Shown here one piece after another: positions 14,401 through 27,632 of a stretch of DNA of 64,000 nucleotides. The DNA lies in NCBI GenBank assembly GCA_964016885.1, contig OZ024743.1, positions 249,674,001-249,738,000 of the forward strand, given 5' to 3'. How positions within the stretch are numbered: the first letter of the stretch is position 1; each line of letters begins with the position of its first letter. The notes beneath the pieces were generated by a model, which saw nothing but the letters and a program-made list of their open reading frames with translations, was not told where the DNA came from and searched no databases. The position numbers were made by a program, and so were the translations under genes. Source of the DNA: Eledone cirrhosa. Lineage: Eukaryota.

Positions 14401-16172
14401 AAAGGCGGAGAGGAGTTCGGTGGGGCAGTTGCAAGCGGAGACGATGGGGCGGCCGGGGTTGTCGGGTTTGTGGAGTTTGGGGGGGAAGTAGATGGTGGGG
14501 GTGCGGACGATGAGGTGGGAAGCGGTGGGGGAGGAGGAGGGAGGAGGAGACAAGGTGTTGGATGGTGGAGGAAACTTGTTGTTGGTAGAGGGGTGTGGGA
14601 TCGGAGGGTAGAGGGCGGTAGAAGAGGGGGTTACGGAGCTGCCTGAGGGCTTCGGCCGTGTAGAGGTCCGCGCGCCACACCACCACGGCGCCTCCCTTGT
14701 CCGCCGGTTTGATGACGATGTCATCTCGGCTACGATGTCAGTTCGCCCCGTGAGATATTATTCCGTTTGGAACGGTGGCGGAAGTCGAAACGATTTACGG
14801 CGCTACGGCTGGCATCGACGAACGCGTCCAGGGTGCTAAATGCCCTGGGGGCCGGCGTCCAAGAAGATGGTCGTCGGCCCAGGGCGAGAAACGGGTCTGG
14901 GCGTCCGGAGCCGGTGGCGTTCGGCCGAAATGTGCCTGTAGCTTCGTGCGTCGCACGAATCGCTCGACTTCCGTTCGTGTGCGGAACTCGTCGCTGTGCG
15001 GAGTGTGGGGTATGAAGCGAAGGCCTCTACTAAGGAGTGAGCGCTCAGGTGGGGAGAGGGGGAGGTCAGGGGGTATGGTGACAACAAGTGGTGGGGTTTG
15101 GGTGTGTAGGGGTAAGGGAGGATGTGGTGAGGGGTGAGGTGGAGGGTGGAGATTGGGTAGGGGTGTGGGTCGAGGGAGGTGTGGAGAGTGGTGGGCTCAT
15201 GGGGATCGGCGGGTGGTGGTGGATGGGGTGGTTGGGAGGAGTGAGTGTAGCTTGCGGGCTTTGGTGGGGGCTGAGGAAGGAGAAGAGGTCGTGGTTGAGG
15301 TTTTGGATGAAGGAGAGGATGGCTTGGGCGAGGAGGGGGTGACAGGTGGAGTTAAGGCGGAGGAGGGTGGGGGTCAGTTGGTGGTCAAGTTGGCGGAGGG
15401 TGGAACGGGAGGCGCGGATGGAGTTGCGCATCAGGAGGCGTGAGGATCGGGTGAGGATACGTTGCGTGGAGGGGGAAGCGGCGGGGGAAGGGTGGAAGTG
15501 TAGACGGAAGCCGAAGGGGATAAGGTGGAGGCGGAGGCAGTGGCTGAGGAAATGGATGTGGCTGGAGTGCCGGGTTTTGGCGAAGAGAAGGTAGGAGAGT
15601 TGAAGGGGAGATAGCAGGGTGGGAGGAGGGGGGTGAGGAAAAGTTTGAGGCTAGTGTGTAGTTGGTGGAGAAAGGATCTCAGGCTGGGCATGGTGGGCGT
15701 TGGGTGAAAGCAGGGGGAGGGATGAGAAAGCAGGTGTGTGAAGCGGGGTGGAGTGAACGAAGGAGTGAGTGCGAAGGAGGGGAAGGGAAAATGAAACAGA
15801 AAAACGTAAGGAGGGTAGAGTATACACAGGAAAATTAAAGACAAAAAAGCATAAAGGTAAAAACACAGGCAATCGTGAACAAAAAATCATAGAAATAAAA
15901 TTGTAAAAACAGGCAAAAAATCGTATACGGAAATAAACAAGTACAGTAACAAAATCAAACAAAGGTAATGCGTGGAAGGAAAGAACAAGTGTGGGAAGGT
16001 GTGTAAAGTTCAGAGAGTGGTCACGGCGGATTAGATCGGGGTTGAGCCGGTAGTTAAGTTATATTCCAAAGGAATGGAAGCCGTGTGAGCGTGTATTATA
16101 TATAATGGAAAATTTGAACAGGAACAAAACAGAGAGGCAGTACAACGAATGTTTATTAATTTCACGCTCTTG
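11458..16172 (-). mobile_element. Penelope-like element (Neptune-like) with ~80-bp partial-tandem pseudo-LTR repeats
   Basis: Frameshifted ORF ~15691-12971: HFLSHCLRLHLIPFGF, IKPADKGGAVVVW, PGRPIVS, LDIKSLYT, RYIDD, CSRPRCNTC linker, NLVYGLRC...YVGQT. Direct repeat ataatggaaaatttgaacagg...tcacgctcttg at 11470-11542 and 16100-16172. Confidence 0.92.
11563..11596 (-). ncRNA. Minimal type I hammerhead ribozyme motif (probably degenerate) in the PLE 3' region
   Basis: Minus strand reads cac CTGAAGA a GGGC ttat GCCC GAAA cctc gtt. Stem III is ACCTC rather than the usual PLE ACGTC. Confidence 0.6.
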
Positions 16173-16239
16173 AAAGTGGGAAATGCTCTCATCTCCATAA
16201 GAAAGAGAGAAAGAAAGAAAAAATGGGGTGGCGAGAGGT

Positions 16240-16830
16240 CCTGTCAGCCATGCCATGGTAGGGCAACCTCTCTAGTGTTGGTAATTTACATGATAAATGC
16301 ACCTAGTACATGCTGTAAAGTGTTTGATGATGGGAAGGATATCCAACCATCAAGGGTTTGTCAAGCAAAGGTTTGGGAGGACCCTTTAGTTGTGTCAAGG
16401 ATATGATAGCCTCCCTATGTTTGGTGATCTGCACCATAAATGCATTCAGTACACGTAAAGTAGTTGATGATAGGAAGGGCATCTAGCTGTAGAAAGCTTG
16501 ACAAATAAAGGGTTGAGAGGACCCTTCAGTCATGTCAAGGACAAGACAGCTTCCCTAGTGTTGGTGATGTACATGATAAATGCATCCAGTTCTCACTGTA
16601 AAGCTTGCCAAACAAAGGTTTAGGAGGACCCTTAGTTGTGTCAAAGACATGACAACTTCTCCTGTAGACTCAGTAGAATGTGAGACCATACATAATTGAG
16701 ATGCAGATCTGTGGCCTGTCCGGGAGATCAGTAGTTCTGCTTCAGTACTGATTTGGTTTATGTAGACCCGTTCAGCCCTTGCTAGCAGGGAAAATGGCCA
16801 TTAAAACAATGATGATGATGATGACGATGA
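16240..16830 (+). mobile_element. RTE-related SINE-like repeat with internal ~145-bp subrepeats and a (GAT)n tail. Relatives at 11165-11330(-), 39880-40030, 43300-43612, 47160-47532, 48125-48500(-), 59860-60200
   Basis: Recurrent taggaagggcatccagc...ggacgttaaa(tga)n motif, with a 3' tail shared with the RTE element ending at ~42840. Confidence 0.6.
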
Positions 16831-17094
16831 CATATATACATATATCGATACAGAGTTCAATTCCTCATAGTGGTCACTGGCAATTTCTTTCTCTGCCTTG
16901 AAGGGTTTTTACCATATCTTATAATCTATTTTATAACACTGACTGTACTTGCAGTTATTTTCTGTGTTTGAGCATCCTACGTTTTCTATAAATTTTATTC
17001 TCTCAGCGCTTTCTAAATTCAAAAGCTCTTTGTTTACATTCTCAAAAGCTGTTTGATTTAGCTCCTTTATTCAATTAGTAATATGTTGTCAGAG

Positions 17095-17270
17095 GTCCCC
17101 TAGCTCAATGACTAGAGCACTCAGTCAATATCTATGTGATACAAGGGTCGATCCATCATGGCAGCTACTGGCAACTTCTTTTACCATCTCTAAGTGTCTT
17201 TACCATACTCTATAAGCTATTTTATAGCAACTATCTGTACTTGCAGTTATTTTCTGCACTTGAACATCTT
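17095..17270 (+). mobile_element. Degenerate tRNA-derived SINE (second partial copy at ~16850-16985)
   Basis: A-box-like tagctcaatg and B-box-like gggtcgatcc. The downstream block ctgtacttgcagttattttctg is duplicated. Confidence 0.45.
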
Positions 17271-17290
17271 ATATATATTTACAATTGCAG

Positions 17291-17667
17291 ATGTCTCCAA
17301 TCCAGAAATTACAGAAGAATTTTTTAAGAAATGTGGTGGATATGGTTTATTCCAAAAGATTCTGACAGTTTACGCTTTGATATTTTCAATTCTAACTGCT
17401 CTAGCAAATATTTCTATGGTGTTTATAAGGGAAGATGTACCCTTTAGTTGTTATCCTTCCAATTTTAATGACTCACAGATCCCACTGAATATCACCTTAG
17501 ATGAATTCTTAAATAATGTAACTGTTGAAGAGGATCAATGTTCTGTGTATAACCTGGATGTAGGGGAAGAAGGATTTTATGTCCTTCCCACCAGAAACTC
17601 CACAAAGGAACCGTGTAATAACTATCGAAAGTTCTATACTAAGGAACAGTCGTCGATTGTATCTGAG
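17291..17667 (+). CDS. SLC22-family organic ion transporter, exon with TM1 and the large extracellular loop
   Basis: ttgcag| acceptor and GAG|gtaagt donor. Peptide EFFKKCGGYGLFQK...FSCYP...DQCSVY...PCNNY...QSSIVSE has the SLC22 G-x-(F/Y)-G-x-FQ start, loop cysteines, N-glycosylation sequons and the SIVSE motif. No in-frame ATG follows the acceptor. Confidence 0.9.
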
Positions 17668-17837
17668 GTAAGTCGACCTAAATTCTTCGTTGTATAAATT
17701 ACTTCCTTGACACACACAAACACAATATAGGTGTAAATTTGTATACTTTTTATGTAATGCAAGGTAGACAACTTCCTTTAGATTTGAATTGTCTTTTATT
17801 TGTATAGCACCCTTTATTGATGTTATCTATACATCTA

Positions 17838-18135
17838 GGTGTGTAGCTTAGTGGTTTGGACGTTCAGCTGAGGATTGTACGGTCATGTTTTATCCTTGAG
17901 CAAGACACTTTATTTCACGTTACTCCAGTCTACTCGGCTGGAAAAAGTTAGTTTTACTTGTAGATCAAAGGGCCAGCTTTGTCACACACTGTGTCAAGCG
18001 AAATCTCCCTGAGAACTATGACAAGAATGCAAATGTCTGTGAATACTCAGGCACTTGTACGTTAATTACATCAGTAGGCTGTTCCATGGATTGAACAATG
18101 GGAACACTCATCGTCAAAACTGACAGGAGGTGCAT
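17838..18135 (+). mobile_element. tRNA-derived SINE (CORE/V-like ccttgagcaagacactt body)
   Basis: ggtgtgtagcttagtgg A-box head followed by a ccttgagcaagacactt core. Confidence 0.55.
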
Positions 18136-18429
18136 CATATACTTATGCACACACGCACGCACACACACACACACACGGAGACACAATTTGATGTTAGGCT
18201 AGATGAATCAATCTGCTACAAGACTTGTAAATGACCCTCCTCCAACTGACATGGAAATCTTTCCTTCAGCAGACCTTCTTCCTGGCCGAGTAATACTGTA
18301 GAGTCAGTGGAAGGTGCTTGGTCACCTGAGAATAGTGCTATATAAGGGAGCTTATAGATCGGACAACACAGTGTTTTTCTTGGGGGTAAGTTTTGATGAA
18401 TTTTCGTATTCTGAAAGATCAAAATACAA

Positions 18430-19984
18430 CATTTTTACTCATTGGACTTCGGGGAAATGTTCTGACAAAAGCTGTGGAAGCTACAGAAATATTCCATATA
18501 TTTTTCCAGAGCAATCTCTATTTACATTTTACATTTTACGCTTACTTGCACCCCCATTGCAAAATGACTATAAATTCAAATTTTGAAAAGAGAGGAAACG
18601 GGACAAGTGAACTATGAACTTGATACATCTCACTGCCCCCCACCACCACAATAACGTCTACACTCGCTCCCTACCACTACCACCACATTTACATAAGTCA
18701 TTACCCTATCTGCACTAAGGTGACTGACCTGTTGCCTAACTCCTTTCTCTATGTTGAATGTTTGTGTGTGTGTATATATATACGTATATATAAATGTCAG
18801 GTCACCAGTTGGTGCTACTAGTAACATGTATCCCAGTACAACCTGTCTCATGGTCGGGTCGTTGGCGACTAAACTGGCAACCCCACCAAGGTATCTTGGT
18901 GAGGAGGGTGACTTTGGACATCCTGCAGGACTAAAAACAAAACCTGTCAAAGGGCAAAGGAGCTCTTAAAAGTCGATGGTCATCCAAAATCACCGGGAGA
19001 GATGAACCCTTAGCCTTTGTCAAGGCAGAATTCTAGGAGAAGGAAAACTCTGATTTAACACCTGCAACCCTGATGGTATCCAATGATGTTGACTTGTTCT
19101 TCTTTTTGGTAAATATCATCTTGGTTAAGAGAGTGGGACTGGCTTTGTGCAGTGCCTTTGCTCACTATAAAAGCTTCACGGCTCAGGCATTGCTTTATAT
19201 CTGGAGATCTCTCTGCACTTGTCACATGGTACCAAGGGCCCAGCACTATGTGTCAATAATTGTCACAGGTGTAGTGTTTGTACCAAAGTTTTCAAGTCGC
19301 TGGCTGGACTAAAAAGTCACACTCGTTCAGCGCATCGGTAAGGGTTCTCCTACATCGATATAAAGTAGTGGCCGTACTTGAAAACGAGTTGGCAGCCACC
19401 ATATATATATATACTAAAATATTTGTGTAACTTCCACAAACTTCTATCGTGACATTCCCGAGTCCAGTATAGTATAGTATATTTTACCAGAGCAATCCTT
19501 ATTTATATTTTACATTTTACATTTACTTACATCTCAATATAACATGGCTTAAATTCAAATTTTGCAAAGAGAAGAAAACGGACTAGATACATCTGACTGT
19601 TCCCCGCCACCACAATAACGTCTACACTCTCTCCCCACCATCACATGTCATTACCCTATCTAGACTAAAGTCATCGACCTGTTGTCAAACTCTCTACTCT
19701 GTGTTGAATGTGTAAATATATATATATATATATATACGATATTAACAAATGGAAACTATATTTATAAAACCATATTTATTTCATTATACATATTTCAAGG
19801 ACACCAAGTTAAATTATTGTGTGCTTTCATCAGATAAAATACAATATAGAGCAGTTTTATAAATAAATATTGACATACCCTTAAAGAATGCAACCATTAC
19901 TGTTGGAAGCTCCAATTATTTGTTGAGTGCTTTATATCAGTAATAAAAATATTTGCTTGTTGTATCCCAACAATTTAAATAGAA

Positions 19985-20025
<41 letters not shown>

Positions 20026-20550
20026 TATTGTGTGTATATACATCACTCAGTCAAACGACCAGATTTCAACCCCAACATCTATAACAACACCGGCACTAAT
20101 GTTTAATGAACATTTACAACAGCGGCATCAAACGATTAAAAAAAAAACTCACAAACAAACAAAAAAACTAAAATAACAAAACACACACACACACAACACA
20201 ACACTAACAACATCAACTGCCACCACCACCACCACCACCACCGCCGCCATCACCATCACCAGCGACCCGGCCTTAAGAAAACAACTTTAATAATAATAAT
20301 TTTTCTGCTTTTGGCACGGATCCAGCGACTGGTCCAGCGCATTACTGGTACTCTCTTTTGTTGACTCCGTGGGGATGAAAGGCAAGGTTGACCTCGGCGG
20401 GATTTAAGCTCAGAGCGTTGAGAGCCATAGCTCTATGCTGTAAAGCAATTATAATAATACTGGTCTGTAATACGAACGGCTTCAACTATACAAACTCTTG
20501 AAAGTCAACAGTTGACATAATCTTGTAATCTTGTATCAGTAATGACAGTA

Positions 20551-20584
<34 letters not shown>

Positions 20585-21027
20585 AAGTGAGTAGCGTGTG
20601 TGTGTTTGCTTGTATGTATGAGTGTTGCTGTGCGCGCACGTATGTATGCGTGTGTGTGTGCGCGTGTATGTATGCACGTGTGTGAATGTCGTACGTATAA
20701 GTGTCAATAAGTGAGTTTTTTTTTGTTGTTTTGTTTTTTTGCGCGGGGACATAGAAATAATCGGGCTGGATGCCCGATCGCACAGTTAAACCACTGGGAA
20801 TGAAGAACCCCTAGCCCTTGTCAGGGCATTCTTCTAGGAGAAGGCATCTCAGGAATCTGGGTTAACTCCGACATAAAACCTGCGGCTCAGTAGTTACCGA
20901 TGATGTTGATCTTTTCTTCTTTTCGGGTTATAGCTACTGTCGCTCAGAGAGAGGGATTGGCTCAGTGCACAGTCTTTCCTCACTTTAAAAATATTCGTCA
21001 CGCACTGGCATTGCACGATTGCATTAT
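18430..21027. repeat. Duplicated composite block, copy 2 (most complete), ending in an RTE-type 5'-UTR fragment
   Basis: Matches 185-2170; 20020-21027 matches 38750-39836. Confidence 0.88.
18796..19402 (+). mobile_element. Non-autonomous bipartite RTE-derived element (~600 bp)
   Basis: RTE-like 5' UTR (ctaggagaaggaaaactc) joined to a 3' end encoding C..C..F.SLAGLKSH and the terminus aacgagttggcagccaccat(AT)n, resembling the end of the RTE at 35900-36260. Confidence 0.75.
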
Positions 21028-24000
21028 TTTTTTCAAGGACCAGCAGCTACGGACGGTGACTTACCGCACCGTAAGCAAAATCTCACATCGAGTGGAGAGA
21101 GCCACGGAGGCTCAAATCCAAAAAGCCTTGGGGTGCGTCTGGGCATGCAAAACCCACATCACCCGAGGCAGAAAGTACGCCACAGTAGACGTACTTTTCG
21201 CCACCCCCCAGGAAGCAAAGTCTCACTCTTTGGAAACCCTAAAGAGTGAGGAGATAGTCTTGGTGCCCTCCTACTGCGGGCAGAAAATTGTTAGGGTCAA
21301 AGTGACCCAGGTCCCACCCGACGTGCTCATACCTTGGCTGGCCGCGTCTGTCCTTGCTGGAATCGAGAACAGGGCGACCATGCTGCAAGTAGAAAAAATA
21401 GGGAGAGAGAACTGGTCAGGTATAGGCATGCAAATGCTTATACAAACTGACCAGGAATGTATCGACGCTATCCCCGATATCATAGACATAGAGGAAGGAC
21501 TCCAACTCCCTATAAGTGTAGAAGGAAGACGGCCAAAATGTTATCTCTGTGGGTCGAAGGGTCACCTCAGGGCCTTTTGCCCGCAGAAGACAGCGAAGAA
21601 GGCCCCTCTCCTTCCAATACCTGGTCCGCTGCTACCAAAAGCAGGGCAGGCAACAAACGAAGAAGCCCCTTCCACGGTGAGTAGGAGGGCAACGTCTGTA
21701 GCACCCGTACCAAGGCCACGGACAACTAAAGCAGCATCATCAGTGGCGGCAACAACAATAGCTACACTTGAAGTAGCTACACCAGCAACAAAATTGCCGA
21801 AGAGGGCTCCACTACAACTACCAACAGCCGTGGAGCACATACCCCTCCCAGACAACACAGAATCCGACATGGACTTTGAGGCGGGAGTGAAGTGGCAAAC
21901 GGTCTGCCACAAAAAACAAAAAAGAAAAAAACCCTTAGATTCACCCTCCAAAAGCGAAGGCATACAAAGAGGGGTAAAGGCAGCAAGCAAACTTGCAGCA
22001 ACACCACCACCATCACCGCCACAAGCACCACTGACAACAACAACCACACCACCACCAGCATCACCAAAAACACCAACAACGCAAACACAACAAGAAACAT
22101 ACACCAAACAGCAACAAGAAGAAAACAGCAACAAAATCCCCCTTCCCCACCAAAAATTACACAGCCATAAACATGGCAAAAAAAGAACTCATACAATATA
22201 TAAAGCAGCACACAGACGTCACAGAAAAAAACTACTACACCCCACCAACACCAAGAACTCTCCCGTCAAACATAAACATCATCGAAATCTCAATAGAATA
22301 GTATAAACCTTTAAAACAAAAATTCCCCAACGCAGTTGGAGACTTCAGAGGGTCGGTTACCAAGAGGATATACACTGACATCCTCTTGGAAACACCCATG
22401 ACCAGCGAAAGGGACGGTTCTACTGTCCCTTCACCTCACGAACAAGGTAAGTGACCCTTTCTCACTTGTCCCGTTTCTCATCCAACATAGCCGTACTCAG
22501 AATAGGCAGTATAAATGCACGTGTCCTGTGGTCATCTTGGAAGCAGGGTCACCTGCTCAACGACCTCAGGTCACTAAACATAGATGTGGTGGCCATCAGT
22601 GAAACCAGAATCTCCGAAGCACAAGCCTTCTCATCGATCTTCGGCGGCTACGATGTATACACATCTGCCAGCCGTCCAGGATCGCGGGGAGGGGTTGCCG
22701 TCCTTTTTCGGAGAGGCTTGGATCGCGCGATACGGGCCATCTTCCTAGACCCAGAAGCTAAGTCGGTGGTGCTGGACGTGACCGGCAGCGAAGGCAATGC
22801 TTTCAGGCTAGTAGCCGTCTACGCCCCAACAGGGGCAGGACGGCCAGATTTCTTCAGACGTCTAGAGACCTTTCTTCGAACGTCCCGCTCTTTAGTGTTA
22901 GAGGGCGACTGGAACGGTATCTTGGATGCACACTGGAATCGTGTGGGGCTAGTGGATAGGGGTGGAGGGTGCAAGAGCCTCACCAACCTGCTCAGACGTT
23001 TTGACTTGTCTGACAGGTATCGACTGGATCACCCGAATGTGCCAATGTGGACATGGACAAACCGCATCGGGTCATCCAGATCGTATCTCGATAGGGTATT
23101 GTGCAGAGAACTAGATAAGGCTAGTATAAGTTGTCCACAATTTAAAATAGTCGACTACACAGACCACAAATTTGTGATCTGTGAGATCGACATAGACAAA
23201 CTTCATAGACAAGGACCTAGTAACTGGAAGCTGAACGCGTCTTTCCCGGCGCACAAAGCCTACAGAGACCGGATTAGCGTATTAGTTAAGCGGGCGTTGA
23301 CGGGAGCGATCGTCAACAACAGGTTGTGGTTCGCCCTGAAAAGGGCAATTAAAGTAGAGTCGATTAGGTTTAGCAAAGGAGTAGTGAAAGAAGAAAATAG
23401 AGTAGAGGGAGAGCTAGTTAGAAAGCTAGAAGAGGCGTTTAGGACAGGCATCGCAACCGACGTACTAGCGGCGAGATTGGCACTCGACCAATTCTTCAAC
23501 GCAAAACACGAAGGCTGCGTTGTCAGAGCTAGAGCGCGTGCTCTGAAACACGAGGGGACAAAAGCCGTCCAATGGGCCCGAGTGGCAGAGACGCGACGTG
23601 GCAACAAAGCCACAATTCAGTCTTTGTCTGACCAAAACGGGTGCGTGATGCGCGAACCCGAGCGGATGTGTGAAGCTTTTCAGCAACACTTTGCTGAACT
23701 GTTCGGGAGCGGCGGCGGCCCGGATCGGGGCATGGACTTCAGTGCATACTTCGACGGACTGCCTCGGTTTTCGACGACAGCAGCACAGTGTTGCGAAAAG
23801 CCAATAACAGCCGGTTAAATACGGGAAGCGACGGCTAACTGCACAAGGGGTAAATCGCCAGGTTTGGATGGTCTGCCCTACGAGCTTTATGCATTTATGC
23901 CAGACTTGTTCGGTGACCTCTTGGCAGACGTCTACTGCAACTGGCAGCAGAACGGGAGCATTCCCAGTTTTGTGAGCCGGGGAGCAGTGGCGCTGCTGAG

Positions 24001-26190
24001 AAAAGACCCGAACAAGGGGGATGTTATCGATAATTTCAGGCCCATAACCCTGCTAAACGTAGAGTTCAAGATTTTGGCCAAGGTGTTAGCAACGAGGTTG
24101 GCGCTTGTCGTCAATGGTCTGGTGGGAGAGGTGCAGAGATGCGCCATTCCGGACAGATCCATACACGACAACCTCCACCTCATGCGATACATCATAAGGA
24201 ACCTGGCAAGAGTAGGGCCCAGATCAACTTGGATCAATCCAAAGCATTCGATAGGGTCGACCATCGGTACCTGGCGGTGGTCCTCGAGGCAGCCGGTTTC
24301 GGGGGTTGGATCGCAGCAATGTACAGCGACATCTGCTCAGTTGTGAGGGTGAATGGTCACCTGTCGCAGCCGTTCAGCATCATGCGCTTAGTCCGCCAGT
24401 GTTGTCCCCTCTCGTCCCTCTTGTACGTATTGGCTCTTGAGCCGTTACTGCACAAACTGGGGGCGATGAGGGGCGTCCCACGCAAACTAGGATGCGGGAA
24501 ATCCGAGTTGGTTTACGTGACGACGTCACCGTGGTGGTGTCGAGCACCAGACACGTCCAGATGCTCGACACCGCTCTCAAGGAATACGAAGCGGGGACAG
24601 GAACAAAGATAAACCAGGAAAAGTGGGTGGGCTTGCAGCTCGGCACCTGGAGAGGCAAGTCCATGCCGTCCGACAGCGTCGTGGGACGTTGGACGGACGG
24701 ACCGTTTAAATTGCTCGGGGTCTGGTTCGGACCGGACCTCCAGATGGAGAAAAACTGGAACGAGGTGACGAGCAGGGTGGCCTCCCTCACCCAGAAATGG
24801 GCTGAGAGGAAGCTGTCCCTGAAAGGCCGGGCGGAGGTGGCGAATGCGTACATCACATCCGTCATCTGCTACCGCCTCACCGTCGTCCCTTGCTCCAGCC
24901 CAACTCTCACCAAAATGGAGCGCCTCCTCTTCCGCTTTTTGTGGAAGGGACGCGCTCCCATGGTCAGACGATCCATCTGCTGTCAACACCCGTTGCGTGG
25001 AGGACTGGGCATGCCATGGCTGATGATGCACAAACATGCGCTGAGGCTGCGACATCTCTGGTGCTTCCTGGATGGTGAACAGGTGTGGTCACCGTTCGCC
25101 AGGCACGTTTTCCCACAGCTCGTCTCCTTGACGGAGCTGCAGTCCTGGGTCAGAAAAAGACCGAGGGATAGCGCTTGGAAACTGGAATGTCTCCAAGCGC
25201 TCACTGCTCTCTCCCAGCTGGGCACCAGTATCGGTGGAACATCCACCACGGCGTTCTATAGAGGACTAGTGGAGGGGGAGAGCGACGACATTCTCGAAGA
25301 GATCCTGGGCGTCGAAGAAGATCAGCTGTTTGCTCTCTTCCGGAGAACTTTCAGCCCGGAGCCTATGGATAACTTCCAAAAATCCCTGGCCTGGCAGTGC
25401 TACCGGGGAGCGCTGCCGGTTCGAGATAAGCTCTACAGGCACAGATGTGCCGTCAGTCGAGCCTGTCCGAGATGCGCGCAGAGCGACGAAACCGTCGTGC
25501 ACGCACTCGTTCAGTGCCCGAGTATTGCTGACTTGTGGAGCTATGTCGAACAGTTGCTGTCGCGTGTGGGACTGATCCGGTTGTCGACTGAGTCCATTGT
25601 GCAGATGGTCTCGCCGTCTTCCTTCGAGGAAGAAGGGCAGGTGGTTTTCATCTGCCTGGTGGCCATGGCGAAAGAGATAGTGTGGTGGACAAGGTTAAAA
25701 GGGTTAAAGACAGACACTTTCCTCTTCGGCGAATCCCTAATTAACTTTTTCAAGTTTCACTTGAAGAGGAAAATCAGGGTGGAGAGGCAAGTGCTGCTTT
25801 CTAGCAAGTTTGTTGAAAGGTGGGTGAATGTAGCGAGAATGGTCCGAGTGAACGGGACCACTCTGAATATACGTCTGTAGTTTGAGAGATGGAAAAATTG
25901 AGAGAGGACGCTTACCCTGGTGGTCAGGGTGGCCGTGGTCTTTTGTGTGGTTTTCGCCACGAGTAACCCTCGGAGGTTTCCCTCCTATTGGGGAATTTTT
26001 TATTGTTTCAATTTTCATTTTTATTGTTTATATATATATATGTTTTCTATGTCCTTTTTTTCTTTCTTTTCTTATATAAATAATAAAAATATTTACACGC
26101 ACAAAACCCACATCGTACCGTCCTGTGCCGTCCTGTGCCGTCTGTAATGTTTTTCTTGATGTCAGCCCTTGTGGCCAATAAAGAAATCAT
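21028..26190 (+). mobile_element. Tx1/L1-type LINE, 5'-truncated ORF1 plus disrupted ORF2
   Basis: ORF1 zinc knuckle CYLCGSKGHLRAFC. ORF2 APE (SINARV, ISETR, VYAP, GDWN, SYLDRV, TDH), RT (PGLDGLP, FRPITLLN, DQSKAFDRV) and C-terminal CPRC...H..VQC. The 3' end is aataaagaaatc(att)n. Confidence 0.92.
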
Positions 26191-26220
26191 TAATAATTAT
26201 TAATAGTGTATTATTATTTG

Positions 26221-27593
26221 GGACTAGGTGACGAGCAGGGTGGCTTCTCTCACCCAGAAATGGGCGGATAGGAAGCTATCCCTGAAAGGTCGAGCGGAGG
26301 TGGCTAACGCGTACATCGCGTCTGTCATCTGCTACCGCCTGACCGTCGTACCTTGTCCTAAGCCCCGCCTGACTGCGCTGGAGCGTTTGCTCTTTCGCTT
26401 TTTGTGGAAGGGACGCGCTCCGATGGTCAGGTGGTCCATCTGCTGTCAACACCCGCTACGTGGAGGGCTGGGCATGCCGTGGCTGATGATGCGCAGACAC
26501 GCGCTCAGGCTACGACATCTCCACCTCTTCCTCGACGGTGATCAGGTGTGGTCGCCGTTTGCTAGACACGTATTTCCCCAGCTCGTTTCCTTGACGGAGC
26601 TGCAGTCCTGGGTCAAGCGAAGACCGAGAGGGAGCGCCTGGAGACTGGAATGTCTTCAGGCGCTCACAGCCCTTGACTAATCGGGCAATGTGATCGGTGG
26701 AAACTCCACCTCGGCGTTCTATAGAGGATTAGTGGAGGGGAAGAGCGACGACGTACTTGGGGAAACTCTAGGCGTCGACGAAAATCAACTAGCCAATCTC
26801 TTCGGAAGAACTTTCGGGCCGGGACCTATGGACAACATCCAGAAATCTCTGGCCTGGCAGTGCTACCGAGGAGCCTTGCCAGTTCGGGATAAACTCTACA
26901 GGCATGGAGGTGCCGTCAGCCGGGCATGTCCGAGATGCGCGCAGGGCGACGAAACCGTCCTGCACGCACTCGTCCAGTGTCCGAAAATTGCTGACTTGTG
27001 GGTTTATGTCGAACACCTGCTGTCGCGTGTAGGACGGATCCGGCTATTATCTGAGTCCATCGTGAGGATTGCGCCGCCCTCTTCTTTTAGCCGGGAAGGG
27101 CAGGCAGTTTTTATCTGTCTGGTGGCCATGGCGAAAGAGATAGTATGGTGGACACGTTTGAAAGGGCTGAAGACGAGCACTTACCTCTTCGGTGATGCCC
27201 TGATTGACTTTTTCAAAATTTCATTTGAAAAGGAAAATCAGAGTAGAGAGGGAAGTGCTCTCTTCCCAGCATTTTGTTGAAAGATGGGTGAGAGAAGCAG
27301 GAATGGCCCGAGTGAATGGGCCTACTCTGAGTACGTATATGTAAATTAAAGGTGGAAAACTGGGAGAGGGCACTTGCCTTGGTGGTCAGGGTCACTGTGG
27401 CCTTTTACTGGGCTTTCTCCACAAATGTCCCTCCGAAGTCTCCCACCTATTGGGTAATTTTTCATTGTTATTTTTTTGTTACATCCTCTGTTTTTGTTTT
27501 TCACACGCAGAAATGCCCATTTGTACCGTCCTGTATTGTCCTGCACTGTCCTTAATGTCTACTTTATGTAAACCCTTGTGGTTAATAAAGAAA

Positions 27594-27630
<37 letters not shown>
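26221..27630 (+). mobile_element. Second, 5'-truncated Tx1-type copy (related subfamily) in tandem
   Basis: Colinear with 24765-26190 (VTSRVASLTQKW...). Ends aataaagaaatc(att)n. Confidence 0.9.

Positions 27631-27631
<1 letters not shown>

Positions 27632-27632
<1 letters not shown>

Noticed and set aside
17095-17165. tRNA gene
   Set aside because: Only degenerate A/B boxes and no cloverleaf; better explained as a SINE head.
20900-22306. 468-aa ORF as a novel host gene
   Set aside because: It is a chance in-frame fusion of an RTE 5'-UTR fragment to a truncated Tx1 ORF1.
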